Below, one piece after another: positions 1 to 13,944 of a DNA stretch of 64,000 nt. Position 1 is the stretch's first letter, and the number at the start of each line of letters is the position of its first letter. Location of the stretch: assembly GCA_963716725.1 (NCBI GenBank), contig CAVQUB010000032.1:160001-224000 (forward strand), read 5' to 3'. The position numbers were made by a program, and so were the translations under genes. This stretch comes from an uncultured delta proteobacterium. Its GTDB lineage: Bacteria; Myxococcota_A; Polyangia; Polyangiales; Polyangiaceae. The notes under the pieces are model-generated. The model made no database searches and was not told the origin of the DNA. It worked only from the letters and a program-made list of their open reading frames with translations.

Positions 1-176
1 ATGGCCTCGGGGTCGTGCTTGTTGTAGACGGCCTCGATGTAGGCGGCGTAGTCGAAGTCCTCCGTGGGACGAGCTGCTTCGGTCTCGCCGTCGGCGACCT
101 GCGGCAGCGGCTTGCAGCCGAACGAAACCGCCAACAGGCCGACCGAGAGGGCCGCGGTGAGACCGGCGCGCGTCAT
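1..176 (-). CDS. Lipoprotein, N-terminal part only (runs off the left edge of the window)
   Basis: Hand translation from ATG at 176: MTRAGLTAALSVGLLAVSFGCKPLPQVADGETEAARPTEDFDYAAYIEAVYNKHDPEA. It has a hydrophobic signal and lipobox SFG-C, is divergent from acnA, and is not in the ORF track. Confidence 0.6.
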   Translation of the reverse strand, partial: MTRAGLTAALSVGLLAVSFGCKPLPQVADGETEAARPTEDFDYAAYIEAVYNKHDPEA

Positions 177-260
177 CGTGCCGACACGCTCTCACGACTC
201 GCGCGGGTGCGGCAACCGTTGCCCTTGCGGCCCCCCAAGCGTCGCGGTACTCGGCCAGCC

Positions 261-2998
<2,738 letters not shown>

Positions 2999-3054
2999 GC
3001 TAGCGTCGACCGGAAAGCCCTCGAGTTACGGTGGGTTGGAGTGCTTGGTAGTAT

Positions 3055-3068
3055 TATGTAGTTACATA
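3055..3068. promoter_or_regulatory. Putative repressor operator TATGTA-GT-TACATA
   Basis: Perfect 6-bp inverted repeat with a 2-bp spacer, in an AT-rich patch 15 bp upstream of the ATG at 3084. Confidence 0.5.
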
Positions 3069-3083
3069 TCCTACCTTGGGGCC

Positions 3084-4844
3084 ATGAACACGTTGCGACG
3101 CACCCTCGCGCCTCTGCTCCTGTCGCTCGCCGCCGCTGTCGCCGCCTGCTCGAGCGGCGAGCCCGTTGACGACGCGGTGTCGGAGGGTCGACGCGTTCCA
3201 ACGCTACCCGGGTCGCCAGGAGGCAAGGCCGACAGCTACGTGAACAGCGCTGCCGCGGAGTACGCGTTCACCGGCACGGTGCACATGCTGACGCCCACGG
3301 GCCTCGACGCGATGACGCCCGAAGAGGTCACTGCCGCCCTCGCCAAAGCCGCGGAGACGCGCCTCGGTCCGGTGGCCTCGGCCATCGTCGGCTCCCTGCG
3401 TGAGAAGGCCAAGGCCTTCAACTCGGAGATCCCGAACGAGCTCCCGCCAGAGATCGCCGAAGCCATCGCGGGCGAGGACGACGCGACCAAGCATCACATT
3501 CTGGAGAACTGGAAGACGCAACAAGAGGTGTCAGCCGCGACGCGGTCGGGCAAGAAGCATCTGGAGACGATCCGTCAGGACACCGACGGCAGCTACATGT
3601 TCGACTTCGTGGTCGAGGGGCTGCTCTCTGCGAAGCTCGCGACCAAGATCTTTGCCGAGAGCAAGATCTTCGACGTGACCGTGACCCAGTACCAGGCGCC
3701 CACCTCGGAGACCGTCGCCGTCACCGCGGCCAAGACGCCCTCGACCGACGGCTACCCCCGCTACGACGAGCTCTTCGCCGATGGCGTGTTCGATGTCGCG
3801 ATCCACGTGGGCGGCGACTACAACAAAGAAGAAGTGAAGATCTGCTGCCCCGGCCCGAACGGCGGCGAGCCGACCTGTCAAAAGCAGGAGTGCGCGAACA
3901 ACTGCGAGCCGGTCGACGACGCCTGCTCGCAGCCGGCTCCCGCGGGCTGCACCAAAGAAAAGCTCGGGGGCCGCATCGACCGCTGGACCGCCGAGCAGCT
4001 GGTGGAGAGCCTGAAATCGGAGGGTTTCGCCCACCCAGGCGCGTCGTACCTCGACCTCCAAATCGACTCGCCGCCCTTCACCAAAGCCTACGACTTCGCG
4101 GGCAAGGCCGTAGAGGTCCGCGTCAAGATCGTCTATCCGGAGATCGTGCCCTGCGGGCAGGAGGCGAAGCTCGTCGAGTCCATGAAGGAGAGCTTGGCAA
4201 CCCGCGAGCTGATCATCTACGCGGGCCACGCCGGGCCCGGCGCCGGCTACGTGCTCGACTACCAGCCGCGCACTGAGCTCGACGACAGCGTGTGGGCCTC
4301 GCTGCCCATGCCCGACCACTATCAGGTGCTCGCCATGTACGGCTGCGAGACCTACTCGACCTACGCCGACGCGATGTACGCCAACCCGGCCAAGAACGAC
4401 GCCAACCTCGATGTGGTGACCACGGTCAACACGATGTGGACGAACATGGGGTTGCCCGGGACGACGACGCTGATGTTCGGCATGCTGATGCAGGAGCAAG
4501 ACGCGCGCCGTCACGTGCCGGTGAGCTGGCTGAACCTGCTCTCGTGGTTGAACCTGCAGGAGCAGAACGCGCACACCCACTACGGGATCCACGGCGTGGA
4601 CTCGAGCCCCAAGATCAGCCCCTGGGTGACCCCGGCGGATCTCTGCGCGAGCTGCGACACCGACACGGACTGCAAGGGCGGCGGCAACTTCTGTCTGAGC
4701 TTCCCGGACGGAACGCGTGGCTGCGGCGCCGTCTGCACCGACAGCGCGGGCTGCGGCCAGAAGTACAGCTGCGTTGCCATTCCCGGGCTCGAGAGCTCGG
4801 TGATCCCCAAGATGTGCGTGCCCAACAGCGTGACCTGCCAGTAG
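3084..4844 (+). CDS. Myxobacterial lipoprotein with GKAD motif, possible clan-CD (caspase/gingipain-like) His-Cys domain and Cys-rich C-terminus
   Basis: Signal and lipobox MNTLRR...VAA-C, motif GGKADS, LIIYAGHAG ... VLAMYGCETY, and a C-terminal CxxCxxxxDC-type disulfide module. Confidence 0.75.
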   Translation: MNTLRRTLAPLLLSLAAAVAACSSGEPVDDAVSEGRRVPTLPGSPGGKADSYVNSAAAEYAFTGTVHMLTPTGLDAMTPEEVTAALAKAAETRLGPVASAIVGSLREKAKAFNSEIPNELPPEIAEAIAGEDDATKHHILENWKTQQEVSAATRSGKKHLETIRQDTDGSYMFDFVVEGLLSAKLATKIFAESKIFDVTVTQYQAPTSETVAVTAAKTPSTDGYPRYDELFADGVFDVAIHVGGDYNKEEVKICCPGPNGGEPTCQKQECANNCEPVDDACSQPAPAGCTKEKLGGRIDRWTAEQLVESLKSEGFAHPGASYLDLQIDSPPFTKAYDFAGKAVEVRVKIVYPEIVPCGQEAKLVESMKESLATRELIIYAGHAGPGAGYVLDYQPRTELDDSVWASLPMPDHYQVLAMYGCETYSTYADAMYANPAKNDANLDVVTTVNTMWTNMGLPGTTTLMFGMLMQEQDARRHVPVSWLNLLSWLNLQEQNAHTHYGIHGVDSSPKISPWVTPADLCASCDTDTDCKGGGNFCLSFPDGTRGCGAVCTDSAGCGQKYSCVAIPGLESSVIPKMCVPNSVTCQ

Positions 4845-4859
4845 CGGCGCTGCCGGGGT

Positions 4860-6326
4860 TCAGCCTTCGAAGCGCAGCGTCAGCACCCAGGCCTCCCACT
4901 TCTTCTGAAACGCCTTCATCTCGCGCTCACTCAGGATCTTGGTGAGCGCGGCAAAGCCGCCAGGGTCGCTGGTGTGCGTCGCGGCGAAGTCGCGATAGTA
5001 GCGGCGCAAGAGATCCTTCTCTTGCAGGTAATAGAGAAGGTAGCGAGCGGCGGCGTAGTGCACGCCGCTGTCGTCGGCGTAGAACTCGGAGTCGGTGGTG
5101 GCGGTGAGCGCATCGAAGCTTGGCGCGGTCTTGCTCTGGATCGCGCGCTGCAGGCCCCGGAGCCTCCAGTTGGTGAGCCCCACGATGTGGCCGTCGCGCT
5201 CCGCGCTCTGCTCGTAGAGCGAACCGAGGCCTTCATTGAACCAAGCGGGGCAGCGCGGAAAATTCGCTTCGATGTACGGGTGCACGATCTCGTGCACCAG
5301 CGTGCCTCCGCCCGTGGCGATGTTCATCACCAGCGCGCCGTGCTGCCTGGTGTAGAACCCGTAAGGTGTGCTCGGAGCTTCGCCGGTGATCGAGCGGGCG
5401 ACCCGGCCGTAGCTCTCGGCGTCTCCGAGCAGCCAGACGTCGAGGATTCGCAGCGGTGGGCGCTCGAAGAAGTCCCGACTCAGCAGGCGCACCGCCCAGC
5501 GCACGGTGCCCTCGGCGCTGCGTTTGACGGCGGCGGAGCCGCCATTTCCCACGACCACGAAGGGCGGTTCGACGACGACCGCCATCTCCCGAGTCAGGCG
5601 CGCACGCAGCTTCATGACGTGCTGTGCGAAGTCCGCCGGACGAAAACCGGCGGTCGCCGCCGGCACTTCGACGCTCGCCGGCTCGAGCGCCAGGCGGATC
5701 ACCGTCCAGCGATCGGCCTCGTAGCGCAGCGGCCAGAGCGATAGGAATCGCGAGCGGCTCATGCGCCGGTACGCGCCGTTGTCCTCGGCCGGCTCGTGGT
5801 AGACGATCTCGTCCTTGTCCGAGTCGTAGCCGAGCACGAGCCGGAAGTGCTCCGTGGTGTCCGGGCCTTCATCGTAGCGCATGCACACGATGCAGGGCAC
5901 GCCGCGGGCGAGCTCGCCGTGCAGCGTTGCAAAGTGCTTTGCAAGCTCGTCGGCGGCGGAGGCAGCTCGAACGTGGTTCCACACCTTGCCGGGGCGGAAG
6001 CCAAGGCGGGTGAGGGCCACCTCGAGCTCGCGGGTGGTCACGCCCATGCCACGGGCCGGGTCCATGCCCGAGGCGTCGAAGACCGCGTCTTGATCCGAGC
6101 GCTTGCCCAAGGCGCCGAGCCACGCGGCGGTCACGGCCTCTCCGCAGAAGTCGGGCTTCTGGCGCACGAAGGGCACGTCGCGGATCAGCACGCTGGGCAG
6201 CGGGGCTTTGGGCGGGATTGGGACCGGCGTCCGAGCGCTTCCTGCGGCTGGGGTGCGACGATCGCAGGCCTGCGCGATCAGCGCGGCGACGGATCCGACC
6301 AGGAACTGGCGACGGTGGAGGGTCAT
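4860..6326 (-). CDS. Tat-exported lipoprotein: C39-like cysteine peptidase fused to an HEXXH metallopeptidase-like domain
   Basis: RRQFL twin-arginine motif and AQA-C. QKPDFCGEA and HFRLVLGYD...YHEPA are C39-like; LVHEIVH...WFNEGLG is gluzincin-like. Confidence 0.8.
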   Translation of the reverse strand: MTLHRRQFLVGSVAALIAQACDRRTPAAGSARTPVPIPPKAPLPSVLIRDVPFVRQKPDFCGEAVTAAWLGALGKRSDQDAVFDASGMDPARGMGVTTRELEVALTRLGFRPGKVWNHVRAASAADELAKHFATLHGELARGVPCIVCMRYDEGPDTTEHFRLVLGYDSDKDEIVYHEPAEDNGAYRRMSRSRFLSLWPLRYEADRWTVIRLALEPASVEVPAATAGFRPADFAQHVMKLRARLTREMAVVVEPPFVVVGNGGSAAVKRSAEGTVRWAVRLLSRDFFERPPLRILDVWLLGDAESYGRVARSITGEAPSTPYGFYTRQHGALVMNIATGGGTLVHEIVHPYIEANFPRCPAWFNEGLGSLYEQSAERDGHIVGLTNWRLRGLQRAIQSKTAPSFDALTATTDSEFYADDSGVHYAAARYLLYYLQEKDLLRRYYRDFAATHTSDPGGFAALTKILSEREMKAFQKKWEAWVLTLRFEG

Positions 6327-6503
6327 CACGGGTTGGACGCGAGGTCGACACTGACCTTGGCAGGCTCACCTCGGGCGGGTCAGCAGGAGTGTGACTCTCG
6401 CGGCGCTTCGGCCCACGGGTCGAGGAGGGTAGGCACTTGGAGCACACTCCTCGATTTGCCTGCGATGGGCGCGCTGGGGCTACTATCGAGGGCGAGGCCG
6501 TCG

Positions 6504-7109
6504 ATGAAGAGATTTTTCCTGTTGGTGCTCCCTTTCCTGCTCACCTTGGTGGCCGCCCCGCTCGCGTCCGCGCAGATCAAGCGCCCCGGTGCCCACCCGA
6601 AGTACAGCTTCGAGCTCGAGCCGCACCTGGTGCTCGACTGGGGCAACCACGAAGGGCCGGGCAACGACGAAGGCATCGGCCTTGGTCTCCGGGCCACCAT
6701 TCCCTTCCTCGACAACGGCCCGATCAGCAAGATCAACAACAACATGGGCATCGGCTTCGGGCTGGACTGGGCTCACAACGGCGATGCCTGTGATAGTTGG
6801 CGTCACGGCAATCGCGTGTACGACGACGAGTGCACCGTCGATGTCTTCATGGCGCCAGTGGTCGTGCAGTGGAACTTCTGGCTGACGCCGATCATCAGCG
6901 TGTTCGGCGAGGCGGGTCTTCAGATCGAGCGCACCCACTGGGAGTGGAAGGACTGTCCGTGGGGCAGCGACTGTGACGGCTCGGACACGGATCTCGAGCC
7001 GGTCTTCTGGGGCGGCGGTCGCTTTTTGTTCGGAGCCGGGAGCAGCGTGGGCGGCGTCGTACGACTGGGTTGGCCGTACGTCTCGCTGGGCGTCGGCATT
7101 CTGCTCTGA
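6504..7109 (+). CDS. Outer-membrane beta-barrel-like protein
   Basis: Sec signal MKRFFLLVL...ASA, alternating amphipathic strands, and C-terminus GWPYVSLGVGILL. The upstream part of ORF 5796..7109 is a shadow of the opposite-strand gene. Confidence 0.75.
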   Translation: MKRFFLLVLPFLLTLVAAPLASAQIKRPGAHPKYSFELEPHLVLDWGNHEGPGNDEGIGLGLRATIPFLDNGPISKINNNMGIGFGLDWAHNGDACDSWRHGNRVYDDECTVDVFMAPVVVQWNFWLTPIISVFGEAGLQIERTHWEWKDCPWGSDCDGSDTDLEPVFWGGGRFLFGAGSSVGGVVRLGWPYVSLGVGILL

Positions 7110-7203
7110 CCGCACCCTTGAATACATCAGCGCTGACTCGCACCTAGTGCTCCCGAGCTGACACAAGCGCGGTCATGTGTCCGTGCGGCGCTCGGGGTAT
7201 TCC

Positions 7204-9366
7204 ATGAAGAACAGGCTTTCGGGGCTGATGCTGGCCTCAGTGGTGTCGTGCGTCTTGGGCTGTTCGTCCGGTGACGGTGGGGGCGGGCTGGGCACCGGCG
7301 GCGCAGGCACCGGCGCGAGCGCGGGGGTTGGCGGAAATGCCGGCTTCGGCGCCAGCGCTGGTTCGGGTGCCGCAGCGGGCACCGGCGGGTTCGGTGGAGA
7401 AGGCGCCGGCGGAGCCGCGGGCGCTGGGGGATCGACCTTCGGCGGGGCTGCGGGCGCTGGCGGAGGCACCGGCGGCTCGGGCGGCGCGCCCGGCGGCAGC
7501 GGTGGCGTGGGCGGGGGCGGCGGCAGCGGTGGCGCGACCGCATGCGCGCACGGCGTGTGCACGGTTGGCAAGGCGCTCGCGGTCGGCTGCGATCCCTGCG
7601 TCACCAAGGTGTGCGGTGCGGACAGCTACTGCTGCCAGGCCGATTGGGACGACCTCTGCGTCAACGAAGCGTCGCAGTACTGCAATGGCATCTGCGGCAC
7701 CGGTACCGGAGGTGGCGGCGGGTTCGGTGGCACCGGCGGGTTCGGCGGCACCGGCGGCAGCGGTGGCACCGGCGGCAGCGGTGGCTCCGGCGGCGGCACC
7801 GGTTGCACCTACAACCAGTGCAAGAACGCGGCGGGTCAGTGCGTGACCCCCACGAGCAGCGAGTGTGGCAACTACGGCGCGCCCTGCGTCGACTGCACAA
7901 AGCTCGGCAGCGTGTGCGCGGGTACGACCTGCGCGGAGTGCAAGCCGAGCTGCGCCGGCAAGCAGTGCGGAGACTCGGACGGCTGTGGCGGAGTATGCAC
8001 GGCGGACTGCGGCACCGGGAAATTCTGCAGCACCAAGGGCCCGCAGAAGCCCGGCTGCTACGCCTGCAGCCCCAGCACCTGTCCCAGTGGGTGTTGCACC
8101 GCTGACGGCAAATGCGAGACCGGCACCAAGCGATCGCAGTGCGGCAACGGCGGACTGGCTTGCTCCGACTGCGGCGTGCAGGCCTGCGTCGGCAAGTACA
8201 CCGGCTACACCTACAAAGCCTCCTGCGGTCCTTGCGGGTCGACGTGCCAGCCGAGCTATCCGGGCTGGTCAGCGTCGTGTCAGGCCGACGGCTGCGGCAA
8301 CCTCTGCCCAGGAGCGGGATGTGATCCGGAGTACGGCGGAGGCACGTGCCAGGTGACCGGAGACTCGACAGCTACTTGCATGCCCGACGGGTTCTGTGAC
8401 CCCTATTCCTGCGCCAGCGGCTGCTGCGACTACTCGGGCGGGTGGATGAACTCGAAGTGCGTGCCCGGCAACCTCCCCAGCAAATGCGGTTCTGGTGCCG
8501 TCACTTGTGTCGACTGCATCTCGAAGGGCGGCAGCTGCGACACCAAGACCAACTCGTGCACCAACTGCACCCCGAAGTGCGACGCGGCCTACTCCTGCGG
8601 AGGGGCCGACGGCTGCGGGGGCAAGTGCACGGCCAAGACCGGAGGCAAGTGCCAGCAGTCTGGCGCCTCTTGCAGCGCCGATGGCGTCTGCGACTGCGGC
8701 ATGAGCGGCAAGTCCATCTGCTACAACGAGACCTCGAAGCTCTACGCCTGCATCGACGTGCTGGCGGACGCGAACAACTGCGGCGCCTGCGGCGCCGTGT
8801 GCCCGAGCGGCATGGCTTGCAAGGGCGGCGTGTGCGACTGCGGCCCAGGCTCCCTCTTCTGCAAGTCGGGCGATCCGAAGCTGCCGGGCGTGTGCACCAA
8901 TCTCGCCACCGACCCCAAGCACTGCGGCAATTGCACGACGGCGTGCCCTGGCACGGCGTGCGCCGACGGAAAATGCGGCGCCTGCGCGACGGGCACGAAC
9001 CAGTGCGGCTATCCAACTCCAGTCTGTGCCGACATGCAGAAGGACACCAAGCACTGCGGCAAGTGCTACAACGCCTGCCCGACCGGCATCGCGTGCGTCT
9101 CCGGCAAGTGCCAGTGCCCGACTGGCCAGACGTCGTGCAGCGCGAAGTGCACGGACACGACCAGCGACGCCAGCAATTGCGGGACGTGCGGCGTGAAGTG
9201 TCCGACCGGCGTCTCGTGTGCCGGCGGCAAGTGCCAGTGTCCCTCCGGCACAACCTGGTGCCAGAACAGCCAGACCTGCACCAACCTGTCGGTTGATCCC
9301 GACAACTGCGGGGTCTGCGGCACCAAGTGCTCCGGCAACTTCTGCTCGAACGGGAAATGCCTGTAG
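7204..9366 (+). CDS. Very Cys-rich lipoprotein with Gly-rich linkers and Stig1-like DxxN/HCGxCxxxC repeats
   Basis: Lipobox VLG-C, two Gly-rich linkers, CDPCVTKVCGADSYCC...WD..CV module, three DGCG modules, and five repeats (DANNCGACGAVC, DPKHCGNCTTAC, DTKHCGKCYNAC, DASNCGTCGVKC, DPDNCGVCGTKC). Confidence 0.85.
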   Translation: MKNRLSGLMLASVVSCVLGCSSGDGGGGLGTGGAGTGASAGVGGNAGFGASAGSGAAAGTGGFGGEGAGGAAGAGGSTFGGAAGAGGGTGGSGGAPGGSGGVGGGGGSGGATACAHGVCTVGKALAVGCDPCVTKVCGADSYCCQADWDDLCVNEASQYCNGICGTGTGGGGGFGGTGGFGGTGGSGGTGGSGGSGGGTGCTYNQCKNAAGQCVTPTSSECGNYGAPCVDCTKLGSVCAGTTCAECKPSCAGKQCGDSDGCGGVCTADCGTGKFCSTKGPQKPGCYACSPSTCPSGCCTADGKCETGTKRSQCGNGGLACSDCGVQACVGKYTGYTYKASCGPCGSTCQPSYPGWSASCQADGCGNLCPGAGCDPEYGGGTCQVTGDSTATCMPDGFCDPYSCASGCCDYSGGWMNSKCVPGNLPSKCGSGAVTCVDCISKGGSCDTKTNSCTNCTPKCDAAYSCGGADGCGGKCTAKTGGKCQQSGASCSADGVCDCGMSGKSICYNETSKLYACIDVLADANNCGACGAVCPSGMACKGGVCDCGPGSLFCKSGDPKLPGVCTNLATDPKHCGNCTTACPGTACADGKCGACATGTNQCGYPTPVCADMQKDTKHCGKCYNACPTGIACVSGKCQCPTGQTSCSAKCTDTTSDASNCGTCGVKCPTGVSCAGGKCQCPSGTTWCQNSQTCTNLSVDPDNCGVCGTKCSGNFCSNGKCL

Positions 9367-9409
9367 ACGCCCGGCCGATCGCCCGGTGACCGGAGTCATC
9401 GGGCCCCTT

Positions 9410-9450
9410 CACCCCCGCTGGGATCTCTCCGGCGGGGGTGCGCCTCTTTT
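9410..9450 (+). terminator. Probable intrinsic terminator
   Basis: CACCCCCGCTGG...CCGGCGGGGGTG forms a 12-bp stem with one G-U pair, followed by CGCCTCTTTT, downstream of the stop at 9366. Confidence 0.6.
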
Positions 9451-9655
9451 GTGCGCGAGCACGAAATCCTTTCGCGAGGCTGGCGCCCGCGGCGCTCGGC
9501 ACCAGACATAGGCCGCGGCCGGCCATTTCAAGCTCGCGTCCCAGCCCATCTTCGCGGTAACACTCGGCCGCGACTCGCCGCAGTCTGCCCAGCCGGGCAT
9601 GGCCGCGGCTGCCCGCCAGCGACGCTCGGAGAGTCGAGCCTGGAAGAATCATCCC

Positions 9656-10324
9656 ATGGCGAAAGCGATCACGCTCCTGGACACGACGATCGGTAAGAAG
9701 GTCGTCATGGCGGTGACGGGTCTCGTCCTGTACGGGTTCGTCGTCGCGCACATGCTGGGCAACCTTCAGGTCTTCATGGGCCCGGAGCAGCTCAACGGGT
9801 ATGCGAAGAAGTTGCACGACCTCGGGCCCCTGCTCTGGGCCGCCCGGGCAGTGCTCGTGGTTGCGGTGGTGCTGCACGTGCTGATGGCGGTGCAGCTGGT
9901 CTCACGCAGCGCAGCCGCGCGACCCATCGGCTACCGTCAGAAGAAGAACCCGACCACGACCTACGCCGCGCTCACCATGAAATTTGGCGGGCTCGCGCTG
10001 ATGCTCTTCATCCTGTACCACCTGGCGCACTTCACCTTTCCTGGGGTGTCGATGGCCGCCGGCTACAAACACAGCCCGACGGACGTCTACGCAAACGTGA
10101 TCGCGGGCTTCAGGGTGCCTTGGGTCAGCGCGATCTACGTGGTGGCGCAGATCTTCCTTGGCATGCACCTCTACCACGGTGCGTTCAGCCTGTTTCAGAC
10201 GCTGGGGCTCAGCCACCCGCGCTACATCGACAAAGCCAGGTTCGTCGCGCAGACCCTCGGGATCGCGGTGGCCGCAGCCAACGTCGCCATGCCCGTCGCG
10301 GTCGTGGCGGGCGTCGTGAAGTGA
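9656..10324 (+). CDS. sdhC: Succinate dehydrogenase/fumarate reductase cytochrome b558-type anchor subunit
   Basis: [11 protein letters not shown]...HMLGNL, several TM helices, His in VLHVL, LYHLAH and MHLYHG; first gene of the sdh operon. Confidence 0.9.
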   Translation: MAKAITLLDTTIGKKVVMAVTGLVLYGFVVAHMLGNLQVFMGPEQLNGYAKKLHDLGPLLWAARAVLVVAVVLHVLMAVQLVSRSAAARPIGYRQKKNPTTTYAALTMKFGGLALMLFILYHLAHFTFPGVSMAAGYKHSPTDVYANVIAGFRVPWVSAIYVVAQIFLGMHLYHGAFSLFQTLGLSHPRYIDKARFVAQTLGIAVAAANVAMPVAVVAGVVK

Positions 10325-10335
10325 GGGAGAGAGCC

Positions 10336-12270
<1,935 letters not shown>

Positions 12271-12289
12271 GGAAGGCGAAGAAGCTCAC

Positions 12290-13078
<789 letters not shown>

Positions 13079-13085
13079 GGCCCGT

Positions 13086-13812
13086 TCAGAACGCCAAGGC
13101 GCCGCTCCAGGTGAAGGAGCGCTCGCCCAAGAGCGACGTTTCAAAGCGGAGGTCCAGGCCCCCGGTGGCGTCTGCGCCGACCCCGAAGCCCACCGCGTAG
13201 TGGTGCTGGTCGCTGCCGATACGCGTTCTCGCCGTCGCGCTCGAACTGAACGGGACCGCCGAAGGCGCGGGCGAGGGCGAAGGGACGGAGTCGCTCGAAG
13301 AGCGTGACGCCGACCTCGGCGCCGAGCCGAAGATCGGATGCCGAGAGCGTCGACTCATCGCCGGTAGCGGTCGCTTCGATGCGCGCTCGCGAAAAACCCA
13401 TCGAGAGCGTGGTGACGGCGAAGAGCTGCCCGTCCGCGCCGCCGAGCATGCGGTAGGCCCCGGTCACGCTTGCGAGCCAGCCCGCGCCCACCGAATAGCT
13501 CCGACCCTCTCCCTCGAGCTCACCGCCCGCGAGCAGGCCGCCGGACACCACGACGGCGGTGCGTTCGCCGAGGCGCCGCCCAAAGCTCAGCACGTACGAA
13601 CTCTGGCGCAGCGTGTAGTCGGCGTCTTCGACGCGCAGCTCGGAGCTGAAGGTCGCAGCCCCAACCGCCGCGAGCCAAAGGCGTTCGTCGGCGCTCGCAC
13701 TCGCCGCGCACCCCGTCGGACCGACGGGCGCCGCGAGCCCTCAAGCCCGCGCGGGACGCGAAACGCCCAGTCCGCCCATCACGACGGCGGTCAGGAGCAG
13801 ATGTGAACGCAT
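13086..13812 (-). CDS. Candidate selenoprotein: outer-membrane beta-barrel with in-frame TGA (Sec) at 13741-13743 and one frameshift near 13227
   Basis: ATG 13812 gives MRSHLLLTAVVMGGLGVSRPARA-TGA-GLAAPVGPTGCAASAS...RQSSYV, which continues in frame into ORF 13141..13593. After a one-base shift it ends RIGSDQHHY...FTWSGALAF (terminal Phe beta-signal). Confidence 0.7.
13700..13740 (-). promoter_or_regulatory. Bacterial SECIS-like stem-loop immediately 3' of the in-frame UGA
   Basis: UGA GGG CUCGC G GCGC CCGUCG [GUC] CGACGG G GUGC GCG GCGAG. CUCGC/GCGAG, GCGC/GUGC and CCGUCG/CGACGG pair, and GGUC lies at +19..+22 after the UGA. Confidence 0.7.
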
Positions 13813-13944
13813 GGCTGCCTAGAGTGGTGGTGGCCAACGGCAGCGTCAATCTTCGAGCGCACCTCCTGGTCGAGCCTCGGGCGAAGCCGGTAAGTGCATC
13901 GCGCGGCGGCTTGAAGCCGGGTTCCCGCCGTGTTTTCTCAGCCC

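Noticed and set aside
7204..9366. Multiheme cytochrome c
   Set aside because: There are many CxxC motifs but no CxxCH; His precedes the Cys (HCGNC) instead.
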